From contig JAJYHX010000004.1 in assembly GCA_021784575.1 (NCBI GenBank), positions 68,350-132,349 on the forward strand: a stretch of 64,000 bases of DNA. Direction: 5' to 3'. This DNA is from Nitrospirota bacterium (GTDB lineage: Bacteria > Nitrospirota > JACRHJ01). Of this stretch, positions 27,746 through 37,235 are shown one piece after another. The number at the start of each line of letters is the position of its first letter. Position 1 is the first letter of the stretch. The notes under the pieces were generated by a model. The model did not search any database and was not told the DNA's origin. It saw nothing but the letters and a program-made list of their open reading frames with translations. Position numbers and translations under genes: made by a program.

Positions 27746-28025
27746 GGCTTTACTCATAAAACGACCCGGATGTCCGTGAGCAATCCTCATCGGTCGGCGA
27801 AGTTCGTTGTCAGTGGTTATTCCGGATTAGTCGTGCAACCAGTTGATTATTAAAACAAAAAAGAGGAAATTTAGCGTTTTCCCGGCGGTATCGAAAGCGG
27901 CCCGAAAACGGGCCGTTTTCGGGCAATTTCTGGCCAAAAACCGGGGGCGCGGAAGGCGTGATTTTGGGCAAAAAGTTGACGTGGGGACGGTGCGGTTTCG
28001 GGGCGAAAAGGGGGCGCGGGGAAGC

Positions 28026-28757
28026 TTAAAATTCCTCGCCCGGAGAGAGGTATCTCCACCTTCCCTCTGGCAGGCTCCCAAGCCGGATATTCCCGATTCT
28101 GACACGCCTTAGGCCGGTTACCCGGAGGTTTACCAACTCGCACATCCTGCGTATCTGGCGTTTCTTGCCCTGCCTCAGGACGAACCGGAGCTGGTCGTTG
28201 TTAAGCCGCGTAACTATCGCTTTTTTAAGGGGAATTCCATTCAGAGACAGGCCGAAATCAAGGAGGCCCAGGGCTTTTTCCGTAACCTCGCCCTCCACCC
28301 GGACGATATATTCCTTCTCAATTTCCGAGCGCTCCCCGATGAGTTTTTTCGCCACCCGCCCGTCCTGCGTAAACACGATAAGTCCTTGAGAATCAATGTC
28401 AAGCCGACCTGCGGGCGCAAGGTTTTTCATCCTCGCGGGCGAGAATTTCATGCCGGATTTATCCCCCTTTGCGCGGTTCGCCGGGGTAAGCAGAACGGAG
28501 GCGGGCCTGTAGCCTTTCTCCGCCTGGCCTGAGACGTAACCTACCGGTTTATTTAGGATAATTGTTACAAGGCCCGTCTGCTCAAGGGCGGCTTTTTCGT
28601 CGAGAGCCACCTCGGAGGACGGGTCAACCTTAAGCCCCAGCTCGCTTACGCGAAGGCCGTTTACAATCACAAGTCCGCGTTCTATAAAGGAATCCGCCTC
28701 GCGGCGGGAGCACATGCCGCGCTCGGACATGAGCTTGGAAAGCCGGATTTTTTCCAC
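28026..28757 (-). CDS. rRNA pseudouridine synthase, RsuA/RluB/F family
   Basis: S4 domain [30 protein letters not shown]; start uncertain (up to 28802). Confidence 0.9.
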   Translation of the reverse strand: MEKIRLSKLMSERGMCSRREADSFIERGLVIVNGLRVSELGLKVDPSSEVALDEKAALEQTGLVTIILNKPVGYVSGQAEKGYRPASVLLTPANRAKGDKSGMKFSPARMKNLAPAGRLDIDSQGLIVFTQDGRVAKKLIGERSEIEKEYIVRVEGEVTEKALGLLDFGLSLNGIPLKKAIVTRLNNDQLRFVLRQGKKRQIRRMCELVNLRVTGLRRVRIGNIRLGSLPEGRWRYLSPGEEF

Positions 28758-28812
28758 CTGGATGGGCCGGGGGCAGCTAATTGTTGCCCTTTTTTTAAAC
28801 ATAAAACAGCCT

Positions 28813-29808
28813 TTATTTAATCTCCAGCATCCTGTCCAATGCCCTCCTGGCCGGGACGCGTATTTCTTCCGGTACCCTGACGACGCAGTCCATATGTTCC
28901 AGAGCGCGCAGGACGCTTTTTATGGTCGTCTTCTTCATGTTCGGGCAGAGCATGTCCTTCCTGAGCGGGTAGAACGACTTGTCCGGGCTGTCCTTCCTGA
29001 GGCGGTACATAAGGCCAAGCTCGGTTCCTATAATGAACTCCGAAGCTTTCGATTCCCTGCAATACCGCAGCATGCCGGATGTGGATGTGACGAAATCCGC
29101 CTTCTCAAGGACTTCCATCGGGCATTCCGGGTGCGCGATAAACAGGGCGTTCGGATGCTGCGCCCTTGCGGCAACGACATCCTTGAGGCTTACACGGTCA
29201 TGGATGTTGCAGAAGCCGTCCCAGGCGATGATTTCCTTGCCTGTATTCCTTGCCGCCCAGGCTGCCAGGTTCTTGTCCGGGACACAGATTACGCGCCTTG
29301 AATCCAGAGACTCGATTACCTTCACGACGTTCGCCGACGTGCAGCAGATGTCGCTCTCGGCCTTTACCGCCGCAGTGGTATTGACATAGCTGACGACCGG
29401 AACGCCCGGATATTTCGCCTTTATATCGCGCAGGCTGAAATCTTCGGGGTAGGTATAGCAGAACTCCTTCCCGGCGCCGGGGAAATGCGTGGAATAAAAA
29501 CGCGGCCCGGAGACCGTGACCATCTCGGCCATGGGGCATCCGGCCTCCGGCTCGGTTAGGAGCACGGTCTTGTCGGGCGAGAGAATGCTTGCCGACTCCG
29601 CCATGAAATGCACGCCGGCGAAGACGATGACGCCATAGTCCGTCCCGGCTGCGATACGCGAAAGCTCAAGGGAGTCGCCGGTATAATCCGCCGCTTCCTG
29701 GACTTCGTCCCGCTGGTAGTTGTGCGCGAGGATTACGGCGTTCCTCTCGGCCTTCAGCTTCAGTATCTTTTCGGAAATCTCTTTAAACTCAGGAGAGCCG
29801 ATCAGCAT
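28813..29808 (-). CDS. nadA: Quinolinate synthase
   Basis: AHNYQ, GDSLELS, GVHFMAE, GCPMA, YVNT, CTSAN, HPEC, CPNMK. Confidence 0.95.
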   Translation of the reverse strand: MLIGSPEFKEISEKILKLKAERNAVILAHNYQRDEVQEAADYTGDSLELSRIAAGTDYGVIVFAGVHFMAESASILSPDKTVLLTEPEAGCPMAEMVTVSGPRFYSTHFPGAGKEFCYTYPEDFSLRDIKAKYPGVPVVSYVNTTAAVKAESDICCTSANVVKVIESLDSRRVICVPDKNLAAWAARNTGKEIIAWDGFCNIHDRVSLKDVVAARAQHPNALFIAHPECPMEVLEKADFVTSTSGMLRYCRESKASEFIIGTELGLMYRLRKDSPDKSFYPLRKDMLCPNMKKTTIKSVLRALEHMDCVVRVPEEIRVPARRALDRMLEIK

Positions 29809-29933
29809 GTTATTACCACTATTATTACCACTATCCGCTATCAGCGTCAGGTTAAACCTGTCCAAAGCTTTTGGCGCCATTTTTCTACAAAAAGGCGGCA
29901 AGGACTTAAAGGTTAATTATATTGAAGTTGACC

Positions 29934-30740
29934 TTACTCGGCAAGAGAAATATCTTTGACGGAGGACGAGACGGGGTTTTGCGTAAAGAGGATAGAGCCG
30001 TCTTTCATCTCGACTTTGTATATCGGCCTTGAATAATTCGCGCCGGTGACGGGGTTCCTGGAAAGCCGCATCACCTTCCGCACGTAGTTTCTCGTTTCCG
30101 GGATTGCCGGGACGCACATGCCGTTCCGGATGACCCTGCCCTGGCCGCAGTTATACGCCGCAACGGAGAGCTCCACGTCTCCGTTGAAGCAATCCAGCAG
30201 GTAGCGAAGGTACTTTACGCCCCCGTCGATGTTCTGGGCCGGGTCGAAAATCTTCCGGACGCCCATGTCCGCGGCGGTGGAGGGCATAAGCTGCATCAGC
30301 CCGCGCGCGCCCTTCCGGGAAACTGCGGCCGGGTTGAAGTCCGATTCCGCCTTTATAATCGAGCGCACAAGGTTGGGGTCGACGTCGTATTTCTCGCACT
30401 TGGCATTGATTATGCCGGAATAGGGCACGTTATCCGGCAACCGTGTATTCGTCTTGCGGCCGGCTTTAATGACGGGTTTGGCGACGGCGGCCTTTGCGAT
30501 TTTTGCGCACGGTTTCTTAGGCTTGGCCGCCGGGATTTTCTTCGGGATCGCAGGCCGTTCCCTGACCACCGTCTCGATTTTCCTCTCGTCGGCCCTTGGG
30601 ACGTTGGTGAAGACAATCACGCCTTTGCTGTTAATGTATTTATAGATGTTGGCGGAGGCTTCATGGGATGAAAAAAGCAACATGACCGGCAGGATGGCAA
30701 CCGGCAGCATGAGAAGTTTCTTGAAATCGCAATGCGGCAT
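29934..30740 (-). CDS. Lytic transglycosylase (SLT domain) with N-terminal DUF4124-like region
   Basis: AESDFNP, GARGLMQLMP, AAYNCG, ETRNYV; start uncertain. Confidence 0.9.
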   Translation of the reverse strand: MPHCDFKKLLMLPVAILPVMLLFSSHEASANIYKYINSKGVIVFTNVPRADERKIETVVRERPAIPKKIPAAKPKKPCAKIAKAAVAKPVIKAGRKTNTRLPDNVPYSGIINAKCEKYDVDPNLVRSIIKAESDFNPAAVSRKGARGLMQLMPSTAADMGVRKIFDPAQNIDGGVKYLRYLLDCFNGDVELSVAAYNCGQGRVIRNGMCVPAIPETRNYVRKVMRLSRNPVTGANYSRPIYKVEMKDGSILFTQNPVSSSVKDISLAE

Positions 30741-30916
30741 TATTCTCGTAATGCTTGAGTTCGGCCTGAAGAAAACCGGCCTGTAATCTGCCCTTTTTAA
30801 AGAAGGGCCCGCAATTTTTATATCAAAAAAATGCGGAAAAGTCAATAAAACCGGGCCTCCAGGGCGGGAACATTAAAATATTTTAAGAACCAAAATGCCG
30901 GACAGGAGGCGTCCGG

Positions 30917-31726
30917 TTACCTGGCCCCCGCCTTCGCCCTGGGGTCGGGTATCGGTATCGCGGCAAGAAGGGCCTTGGTATACGGGTCTTTCGGGTTGTT
31001 ATACACCTCCGCCGCCCTGCCGGACTCCACAATCCTGCCCCGGTTCATGACCGCCACATTGTCGCAGAAATAGCGGACGATGTTCAGGTCGTGCGCAATG
31101 AAGAGAAATGAAAGCGAGAACTCCTCCTGGAGGTCTTTTAGGAGGTTCAGCACCTGCGCCTGTATGGAGACGTCGAGCGCGGAAATCGGCTCGTCCGCGA
31201 CAATCAGCTCCGGCTTCACGGAGAGCGCCCGCGCAATCCCTATCCTCTGCCTCTGGCCGCCGGAGAACTCGTGCGGGTATTTGCCCGTAGCCTCCGGGCC
31301 TATGCCGACCTTCTTCAGTATCTCCGCCACCCGGTCTTTGAGCTCGCTTCCCCTGGCCAGACCGTTCACGTATAGCGGCTCGCCGACAATCTCGCCCACC
31401 TTCATCCGCGGGTTAAGCGAGGCGAACGGGTCCTGGAATATTATCTGCATCCTGCGCCGGAGCTTGCGCAGGCCCTCCCGGTCAGCCTTCAAAACGTCCA
31501 CGCCGTCGAAAAGCACCGTCCCTTCGGTAGGTTCTATAAGCCGAAGAACGCATCTGCCCGCCGTGGACTTCCCGGAGCCGGATTCTCCGACAAGGCCCAG
31601 CGCCTCCCTGCGGCCAATCTCGAAATCCACGCCGTCCACGGCCTTTACAACGGCCTTCTCGCCGAAAAGGCCATTATGAACAGTGAAATGTTTCTTCAGC
31701 CCGCCGACTTTCAGCAACTGTCCCAT
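30917..31726 (-). CDS. Oligo/dipeptide ABC transporter ATP-binding protein (OppF/DppF-like)
   Basis: GESGSGKST, FQDP, SGGQRQR, DEPISALD. Confidence 0.93.
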   Translation of the reverse strand: MGQLLKVGGLKKHFTVHNGLFGEKAVVKAVDGVDFEIGRREALGLVGESGSGKSTAGRCVLRLIEPTEGTVLFDGVDVLKADREGLRKLRRRMQIIFQDPFASLNPRMKVGEIVGEPLYVNGLARGSELKDRVAEILKKVGIGPEATGKYPHEFSGGQRQRIGIARALSVKPELIVADEPISALDVSIQAQVLNLLKDLQEEFSLSFLFIAHDLNIVRYFCDNVAVMNRGRIVESGRAAEVYNNPKDPYTKALLAAIPIPDPRAKAGAR

Positions 31727-31892
31727 GCCTGTGTATTATCCGCTAAAGCCGCCCGGCTGTCAATATATAGCCGGTCCCGCGGGAGGGAGCGTTCTCTCCG
31801 AAAAATTATTATTCACTATAATGCTTAACCGGCGACAGTTCCATCTTGCGTTCAAGATAATTTTTCTTCGAGAACGCTCCCTCCCTGCGCCT

Positions 31893-33452
31893 TCATTTGT
31901 CCTCAACGGCAACCCCCAGCCCCTTGTCCGAGTTGGATATTGGATAGAGCCTGTATCCCCTGACCCTCGGCCCAAGCACGACGTAGTCCTTTTTGTGCCA
32001 GAAGAATACCCAGGGGGCCATCTCCACCACCCGCGCCTGGGCCTGCCTGTAAAGCTCCATGCGCTTTTTCGTGTCCGGCTCCGTCTCTGCGCGGGTTATA
32101 AGCCCGTCGAACACCTTGTCCCGGAAGCGCGCGCGGTTGCCCGCCGGGCCTGCATTTCCACTATAAAAAACAGGGTAGAGAAAGTTTTCCGGGTCGGGGT
32201 AATCCGCCTGCCAGCTAAGCCAGAAGAGGTCTGCGTCGCCGTTGTCTATCGCCTGCTTGAACGCAGACCACTCAAGCTGGATTATGGAAGCGCGTATGCC
32301 GACATCCGCCAGATACTGCTGGATCACCTCCACCATGTCGAGCGTTTCCTGCTCGTTCCCGATGTAAATCTTCAGGCTTATACCGCGCGGGTATCCGGCC
32401 TCCTTAAGCAGGCGTTTCGCTTCGGCGGGATTATACTTATACGGGAAGTCCCTGCTGCCGGAAGGGAGCAGGAATTCCGGCACCGGGCCGTTCGCCAGGA
32501 CGCCCCTGCCCTCGTAGATGGTGTCGAGGATGCGTTTTCTGTCTATCGCCATGGAGATTGCCCGGCGCACGCGGACGTCGTTTAGCGGCGCCCTCCGGCA
32601 GTTCATCCCAAGGTAATATGTGTTCAGCCCCACCTGGGACAGAAGCCTTTTGCTCCAGCGCGGGTCTTGCGAGTATCGCCGGAACTCCGGCGCGGGCACT
32701 TTCAGCGCGTCAAGGTTTCCCCTCTCGAACTCCGCCACGGCGGTCAGCTCTTCCGGGATGACGCGGTAGGTAATCCCGGCCGCCTCCGGCGCGCCGCCAA
32801 AATACGCCCGGTTCGCCCTAAGGGTAATGCGGCTTCCGTGCTCCCATCGCACAAGGATGAACGGCCCGGTCCCAACCGGATGGTCGGAAAAATGCGTCCC
32901 GTATTTCTTCACTTCCTCTTTCGGGACAACATATGCGCCGGGCATGGCGAGAAGCCCCAGGAACGGCCCGAACGGCGCGGAAAGCTCGATGACAAGCCTG
33001 TGCGCGCCGGGGGTTTTTATGCCGGATACATCCGCGCTTTTGCCGTCCATGAACCGCCTTGCCCCCTTTATCCTGTCGAAGAGCCACGTCCTGGGAGAGT
33101 TTGTCGCTGGGCTAAGCACGCGCTCGAAGGAATACTTGACGTCCGCCGAAGTCAATTCCCGCCCGTTTGAGAACCTTACTCCCTTCCGGATGTGGAATGT
33201 GTATACCCTGCCGTCCTTGCTTATGCTCCATGAGCTTGCAAGCCCCGGTATTATCCGCGCCTTGTCGTCGTAGGATACCAGGCCGTCGAATATCTTCGCG
33301 GCGACCACCCCGCCCTGCACGTCCACGATGTGCGCCGGGTCGAGCGTCGTCGGGTCTTCGCTCAGGCGGAGATGAAGATATGAAGGGTTTTCGTGCAGGG
33401 AGCAGGAGGAAAAAAGCAAGGCGAGAATGATAACGGCCGCCACTCTGAGCAT
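31893..33452 (-). CDS. Peptide ABC transporter substrate-binding lipoprotein (family 5)
   Basis: Lipobox FSSC, TLDP, PGLASSW, PVGTGPF, VRRAIS. Confidence 0.9.
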   Translation of the reverse strand: MLRVAAVIILALLFSSCSLHENPSYLHLRLSEDPTTLDPAHIVDVQGGVVAAKIFDGLVSYDDKARIIPGLASSWSISKDGRVYTFHIRKGVRFSNGRELTSADVKYSFERVLSPATNSPRTWLFDRIKGARRFMDGKSADVSGIKTPGAHRLVIELSAPFGPFLGLLAMPGAYVVPKEEVKKYGTHFSDHPVGTGPFILVRWEHGSRITLRANRAYFGGAPEAAGITYRVIPEELTAVAEFERGNLDALKVPAPEFRRYSQDPRWSKRLLSQVGLNTYYLGMNCRRAPLNDVRVRRAISMAIDRKRILDTIYEGRGVLANGPVPEFLLPSGSRDFPYKYNPAEAKRLLKEAGYPRGISLKIYIGNEQETLDMVEVIQQYLADVGIRASIIQLEWSAFKQAIDNGDADLFWLSWQADYPDPENFLYPVFYSGNAGPAGNRARFRDKVFDGLITRAETEPDTKKRMELYRQAQARVVEMAPWVFFWHKKDYVVLGPRVRGYRLYPISNSDKGLGVAVEDK

Positions 33453-33513
33453 TGCCTCGAACCTGGACTGTAGCGGCCGACCCATGCGTCGGCCATTTGT
33501 TTTATAGTCCACC

Positions 33514-34230
33514 CTATCCCCCGCTTTCTCTCCCATGAAAGGGCGAGGGGTGAGAACATTCTTTTATGAACGCCTCGAAGAGCCGCCGCGACGACTCCTC
33601 TTCCTGCATCCGCTCCGGGTGCCACTGCACGCCCACGACGAACATTTTTCCCGGCAGCTCCACGGCCTCGACCATCCCGTCGTCGGACACGGCGGAAGGA
33701 TAAAGCCCCGGCGCGAGCCTGCTTACAGCCTGGTGATGATGGCTGTTCACGGACAATCGCTCCACGCCGATAATCTCCCTCAGCATACTCCCGCGCGCGA
33801 GCGTCACCATGTGCCGGATGTCCCTGCCCTTCTCTTTGTGGCCAGGGATGTCCTGGCGGAGCTTGCCGCCGAAATAAACGTTTATCGATTGAATGCCGAG
33901 GCATATCCCAAGCACGGGCTTTTTCAGCGCGAGCATCTCCCTGAGGAGCGAGAAGTCAAAATCGGTCCTTATGTCGGGAGACAGCGCCGCGCCGTCCATG
34001 ACGTCTTCCGAGTAATATTTCGGGTGTATGTCGTCCCCGCCTGAGAGCAGCAGGCCGTCGATTTCCCGCGCGTACTCCTCGGGGACGGACGCGCCCTCCA
34101 CGACGGGTATCATAAATGGCATCCCGCCGAAACGGTATAAGGCGTCGGCGTAGCTCTTGTCGAGATATGCCCGGAAGCCGCCGGACTCCTTGAATTCCAT
34201 GTCCTGGGTTACGCCGATTAATGGACGCAT
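33514..34230 (-). CDS. Gamma-glutamyl-gamma-aminobutyrate hydrolase family (peptidase C26, PuuD-like)
   Basis: DGLLLSGG, GICLG, VNSHHHQ, VQWHPE. Confidence 0.9.
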   Translation of the reverse strand: MRPLIGVTQDMEFKESGGFRAYLDKSYADALYRFGGMPFMIPVVEGASVPEEYAREIDGLLLSGGDDIHPKYYSEDVMDGAALSPDIRTDFDFSLLREMLALKKPVLGICLGIQSINVYFGGKLRQDIPGHKEKGRDIRHMVTLARGSMLREIIGVERLSVNSHHHQAVSRLAPGLYPSAVSDDGMVEAVELPGKMFVVGVQWHPERMQEEESSRRLFEAFIKECSHPSPFHGRESGG

Positions 34231-34231
34231 G

Positions 34232-35848
34232 TTACTTTAAAATCTTCCCCGCGCGCGCCTTTGTCTGTTCCCCGCCGCGCACGGCGAACCTGCCGTTAAC
34301 AAGCACGTGTTCTATTCCATGCGGAAATTGGTACGGGTCGTCGAACGTCGCCGCATCGGCAACCGTTGACGGATTGAATATAACCATGTCGGCATATAAG
34401 CCTTCTTTTATATATCCGCGGTCTTTCAGCCTCAGCCTGTCCGCCGCCATCCCGGTAAGTTTCCTCACCGCCTGCGGGAGAGTCAATAATTTTTCTTCGC
34501 GGGCGTATTTCCCAAGCACCCTTGCGAAGCTCCCGAATCCGCGCGGGTGCGGTTTGCCCTGCCTCGTCGCCCCGGATATCCCGCGCGCGGTGGAGTCGGA
34601 GCCTATCATCATCCAGGGCAGGGACAGAAAGGTTCTCAGGTTGTCCTCGCTCATGGAGAAATATATCGCCTGGGCGCGCGCTCCCTCCTCTATCAAGATG
34701 TCGAAGAGCGCCTCGACCGGCTCCTGGGCGCGTATCTCCGCGGCCTCGGCGAGCGTCTTGCCTTCAAGCTTCCTGTTTCCTTCCGTGCTGACGGACGCGA
34801 TCATCACGCGGCCCCAATATTCCGGGACTGGATGTCCGGAGAGCACTTCCTCCCGCAGTCTTGCGCGCGCCGCCGGGTCTTTCAGGCGCTTCACTTCCTC
34901 GGCATTGCCTCCTTCGTATGCCCATGCCGGGAGGATTGCGTCAAGGTCGGTGCTCGACGCCGTGTACGGGTAGCGGTCGGCTGTCACGTCCAGACCTTCC
35001 GCGCGCGCCTTTTCTATCGCATCAATGATTTCTGATATTTTGTGCCAGTTGGCCTGGCCCGCGGTCTTGAGGTGCGAAATCTGCACGGGTATCCCGGCCT
35101 CGCGTCCGACTGTTATGGCCTCCTCAATCGCCTCGACGACCCTTGCGCCTTCGCTTCTCATGTGGCTCGTGTATATCCCGCCGTATTTCGCCGCGACCTC
35201 CGCCAGGCGCACGATTTCGCCTGTTTCGCTGTATACGCCCGGCGGATAGATGAGGCCGGTGGAGAGTCCGAGCGCGCCCGCCTCCATCGCCTCCGCGAGC
35301 AGGGCCTCCATCTTCCGGAACTCGTCCTCGGCCGGTTTTCGATTAACATATCCGACGACTGACGCGCGCAGGTTTCCGTGCCCGCAATACGTGGCGAAGT
35401 TCAGCGCGGGCCGCGCCTTCTCAAGCGCGTCGAAATATCCGGAGAAGTCCGTCCACGTTTGCTTAATCCCAAGCTCGGCGAACTCGCTCCGGCGCGCCTT
35501 TGCCGCTTCCCCGATTAATGGCGCGGCGGACATGCCGCAGTTCCCGGATACCTCGGTCGTTACGCCCTGCATAATCTTCGACGGCGCGGACGGCTCTACA
35601 AGGAGCGAGAACTCCGAGTGCGCGTGTATATCTATGAACCCCGGCGCGGCGGCAAGGCCCGTGCAGTCGATTACCTCCGCGTCGGGAAAAGATTTGTCAG
35701 TCCCGCCCGTTCGGCTGCGCTCAGGGCAGGCTCCTCGGGAACCCGGCGACTTTATTATTCGCGCAATCCTCTCGCCGTCAATCAATATGTCGGCGGGATA
35801 GCCGTCGGCGCCGGTGCCGTCAAAAAGGGTGATATTTTTAATGATCAT
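34232..35848 (-). CDS. N-acyl-D-amino-acid deacylase (D-aminoacylase)
   Basis: PGFIDIHAHS, GNCGMS, SHMRSE, SHLK, GSDS, PHPR. Confidence 0.92.
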   Translation of the reverse strand: MIIKNITLFDGTGADGYPADILIDGERIARIIKSPGSRGACPERSRTGGTDKSFPDAEVIDCTGLAAAPGFIDIHAHSEFSLLVEPSAPSKIMQGVTTEVSGNCGMSAAPLIGEAAKARRSEFAELGIKQTWTDFSGYFDALEKARPALNFATYCGHGNLRASVVGYVNRKPAEDEFRKMEALLAEAMEAGALGLSTGLIYPPGVYSETGEIVRLAEVAAKYGGIYTSHMRSEGARVVEAIEEAITVGREAGIPVQISHLKTAGQANWHKISEIIDAIEKARAEGLDVTADRYPYTASSTDLDAILPAWAYEGGNAEEVKRLKDPAARARLREEVLSGHPVPEYWGRVMIASVSTEGNRKLEGKTLAEAAEIRAQEPVEALFDILIEEGARAQAIYFSMSEDNLRTFLSLPWMMIGSDSTARGISGATRQGKPHPRGFGSFARVLGKYAREEKLLTLPQAVRKLTGMAADRLRLKDRGYIKEGLYADMVIFNPSTVADAATFDDPYQFPHGIEHVLVNGRFAVRGGEQTKARAGKILK

Positions 35849-35872
35849 TTAGCTGTATTCTTAAACCCTGTT

Positions 35873-36589
35873 TTAAATTTTTGGTTGTGGATATACTCCG
35901 TCAATCATATCTTTAACTTCAACTGCCCATGACAAGCCATTGTCTGGTAAACCGATTTTTTCTGCAATAACGCTTACTCCCAGGTTCACAGTACGCTTAG
36001 GAAAACTACGATGAGATTTAAAAGTTCTTTTGTTGTATACAACCAATGAGGCGGGATCCCCTTCCTCGCAGTCTATTATCCTGAAACCGGTTTTCTCATT
36101 CAGCAATGAGTTGAAAGACGCCTTTTGAAATCTCCAGAAATCCCATGGACGGTTATGAGGCGGATATGCAGGGTGGGTATTTATAAAAACAAGCGCGCCT
36201 TTTTTAATAACCTTGTTAATCTCAAGCACGGTCTTCCAGGGCATTGCCAAGTGCTCAAATGTCGCCATGCATAATACAGCATCATAATGCTCTTCCGGAA
36301 GGTATTGCGAAAGATTATGGGCATCGCCTACCACGTCTACATTCTCGCCTGCGTAATAGTCGAACCCTGTATATTCTTTTGCTGATGTAAAAAGATTCCT
36401 CTGAATTGAATTCGTTTCATTCCTGGATCCTATTTCCAGTATGCATACATCAGACATATTATTTACGGCCTTAAGAAATTTATCATAGACTTGATCGTAT
36501 TTCTCTCCCGACGCATCATACGGAAGCATTCTATTAATAGCGCGAGTTACGCGCGTTACAATCCATATTTTTAGCTTTAAGTTATTCAT
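35873..36589 (-). CDS. Class I SAM-dependent methyltransferase, AT-rich
   Basis: ILEIGS, VDVVGDAH, FEHLAMPW, DFWRF. Confidence 0.8.
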   Translation of the reverse strand: MNNLKLKIWIVTRVTRAINRMLPYDASGEKYDQVYDKFLKAVNNMSDVCILEIGSRNETNSIQRNLFTSAKEYTGFDYYAGENVDVVGDAHNLSQYLPEEHYDAVLCMATFEHLAMPWKTVLEINKVIKKGALVFINTHPAYPPHNRPWDFWRFQKASFNSLLNEKTGFRIIDCEEGDPASLVVYNKRTFKSHRSFPKRTVNLGVSVIAEKIGLPDNGLSWAVEVKDMIDGVYPQPKI

Positions 36590-36623
36590 TCAGTCCCCCT
36601 GTTACAGGTTACTATTTATATTC

Positions 36624-37175
36624 TCAATCCCCCTGAATATACCCGATAAACTTGCCCCGCGTCGCTTCGGATTCATCAAGGGATTTCAATTCGTCTTTCG
36701 ACAGCTCTTTCGGCCTGTCGCGCTTCGCATCGACGATGCAGATGAAGCCGAATGGTTCGGAGCCGGGGTTTATAAGCTGGTGCGGCTCGTTCGGGGCGAC
36801 GTATAGCGCGTCCATGAAGCCGACCTCATAGACCTTGTCCCCGGCGAGCGCGCGGCCCCTGCCCCGGACGCAAATCACGGCGTGCTCGTGCTCGTGCTTC
36901 TCTAAGCTACTATGGCCGCCCGGCTCGACCTCGAAATACCGGACATGGAACTTGGCTCGCTCGCCCTTCAGGCCGATGAGCGTCTGCCGGTCTATGCCGC
37001 AGAAACATCCACCCTCTCCCCGGCCCTCTCCCATCAAGGGAGAGGGAGAAACGTCTTTACCCGCCCCACCTGCGGGGGAGGGTGGCCGAAGGCCGGGTGA
37101 GGGCTTATACGCCTCTTTTGCAATCTCCGTCCATGTGTAATCCGGATTGAATCTGTGCAGTCGGCTTTTGCTCAT
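36624..37175 (-). CDS. Cupin-domain protein with in-frame palindromic-repeat insertion
   Basis: RYFEVEPGG, HEHEH, PHQ cupin motifs. Confidence 0.85.
   Translation of the reverse strand: MSKSRLHRFNPDYTWTEIAKEAYKPSPGLRPPSPAGGAGKDVSPSPLMGEGRGEGGCFCGIDRQTLIGLKGERAKFHVRYFEVEPGGHSSLEKHEHEHAVICVRGRGRALAGDKVYEVGFMDALYVAPNEPHQLINPGSEPFGFICIVDAKRDRPKELSKDELKSLDESEATRGKFIGYIQGD
37012..37104. repeat. REP-like doublet inside the cupin CDS
   Basis: 37074-37103 is 27/30 identical to intergenic 27546-27575; plus a CCCTCTCCC..GGGAGAGGG hairpin. Confidence 0.85.
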
Positions 37176-37235
37176 TGTCCCTCATGTCCGAGGCCGGTTT
37201 ATCGGCTTGGTCTGAAGCCGGTCTATCAGCCCGGC

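Noticed and set aside
27420..28025. CRISPR array, and ORFs in this gap
   Set aside because: No regularly spaced identical repeats with spacers and no cas genes; the ORFs are translations of repeats.
29809..29901. N-terminal extension of NadA (SGNNSGNN)
   Set aside because: Comes from a 12-bp tandem duplication upstream of the likely ATG at 29808.
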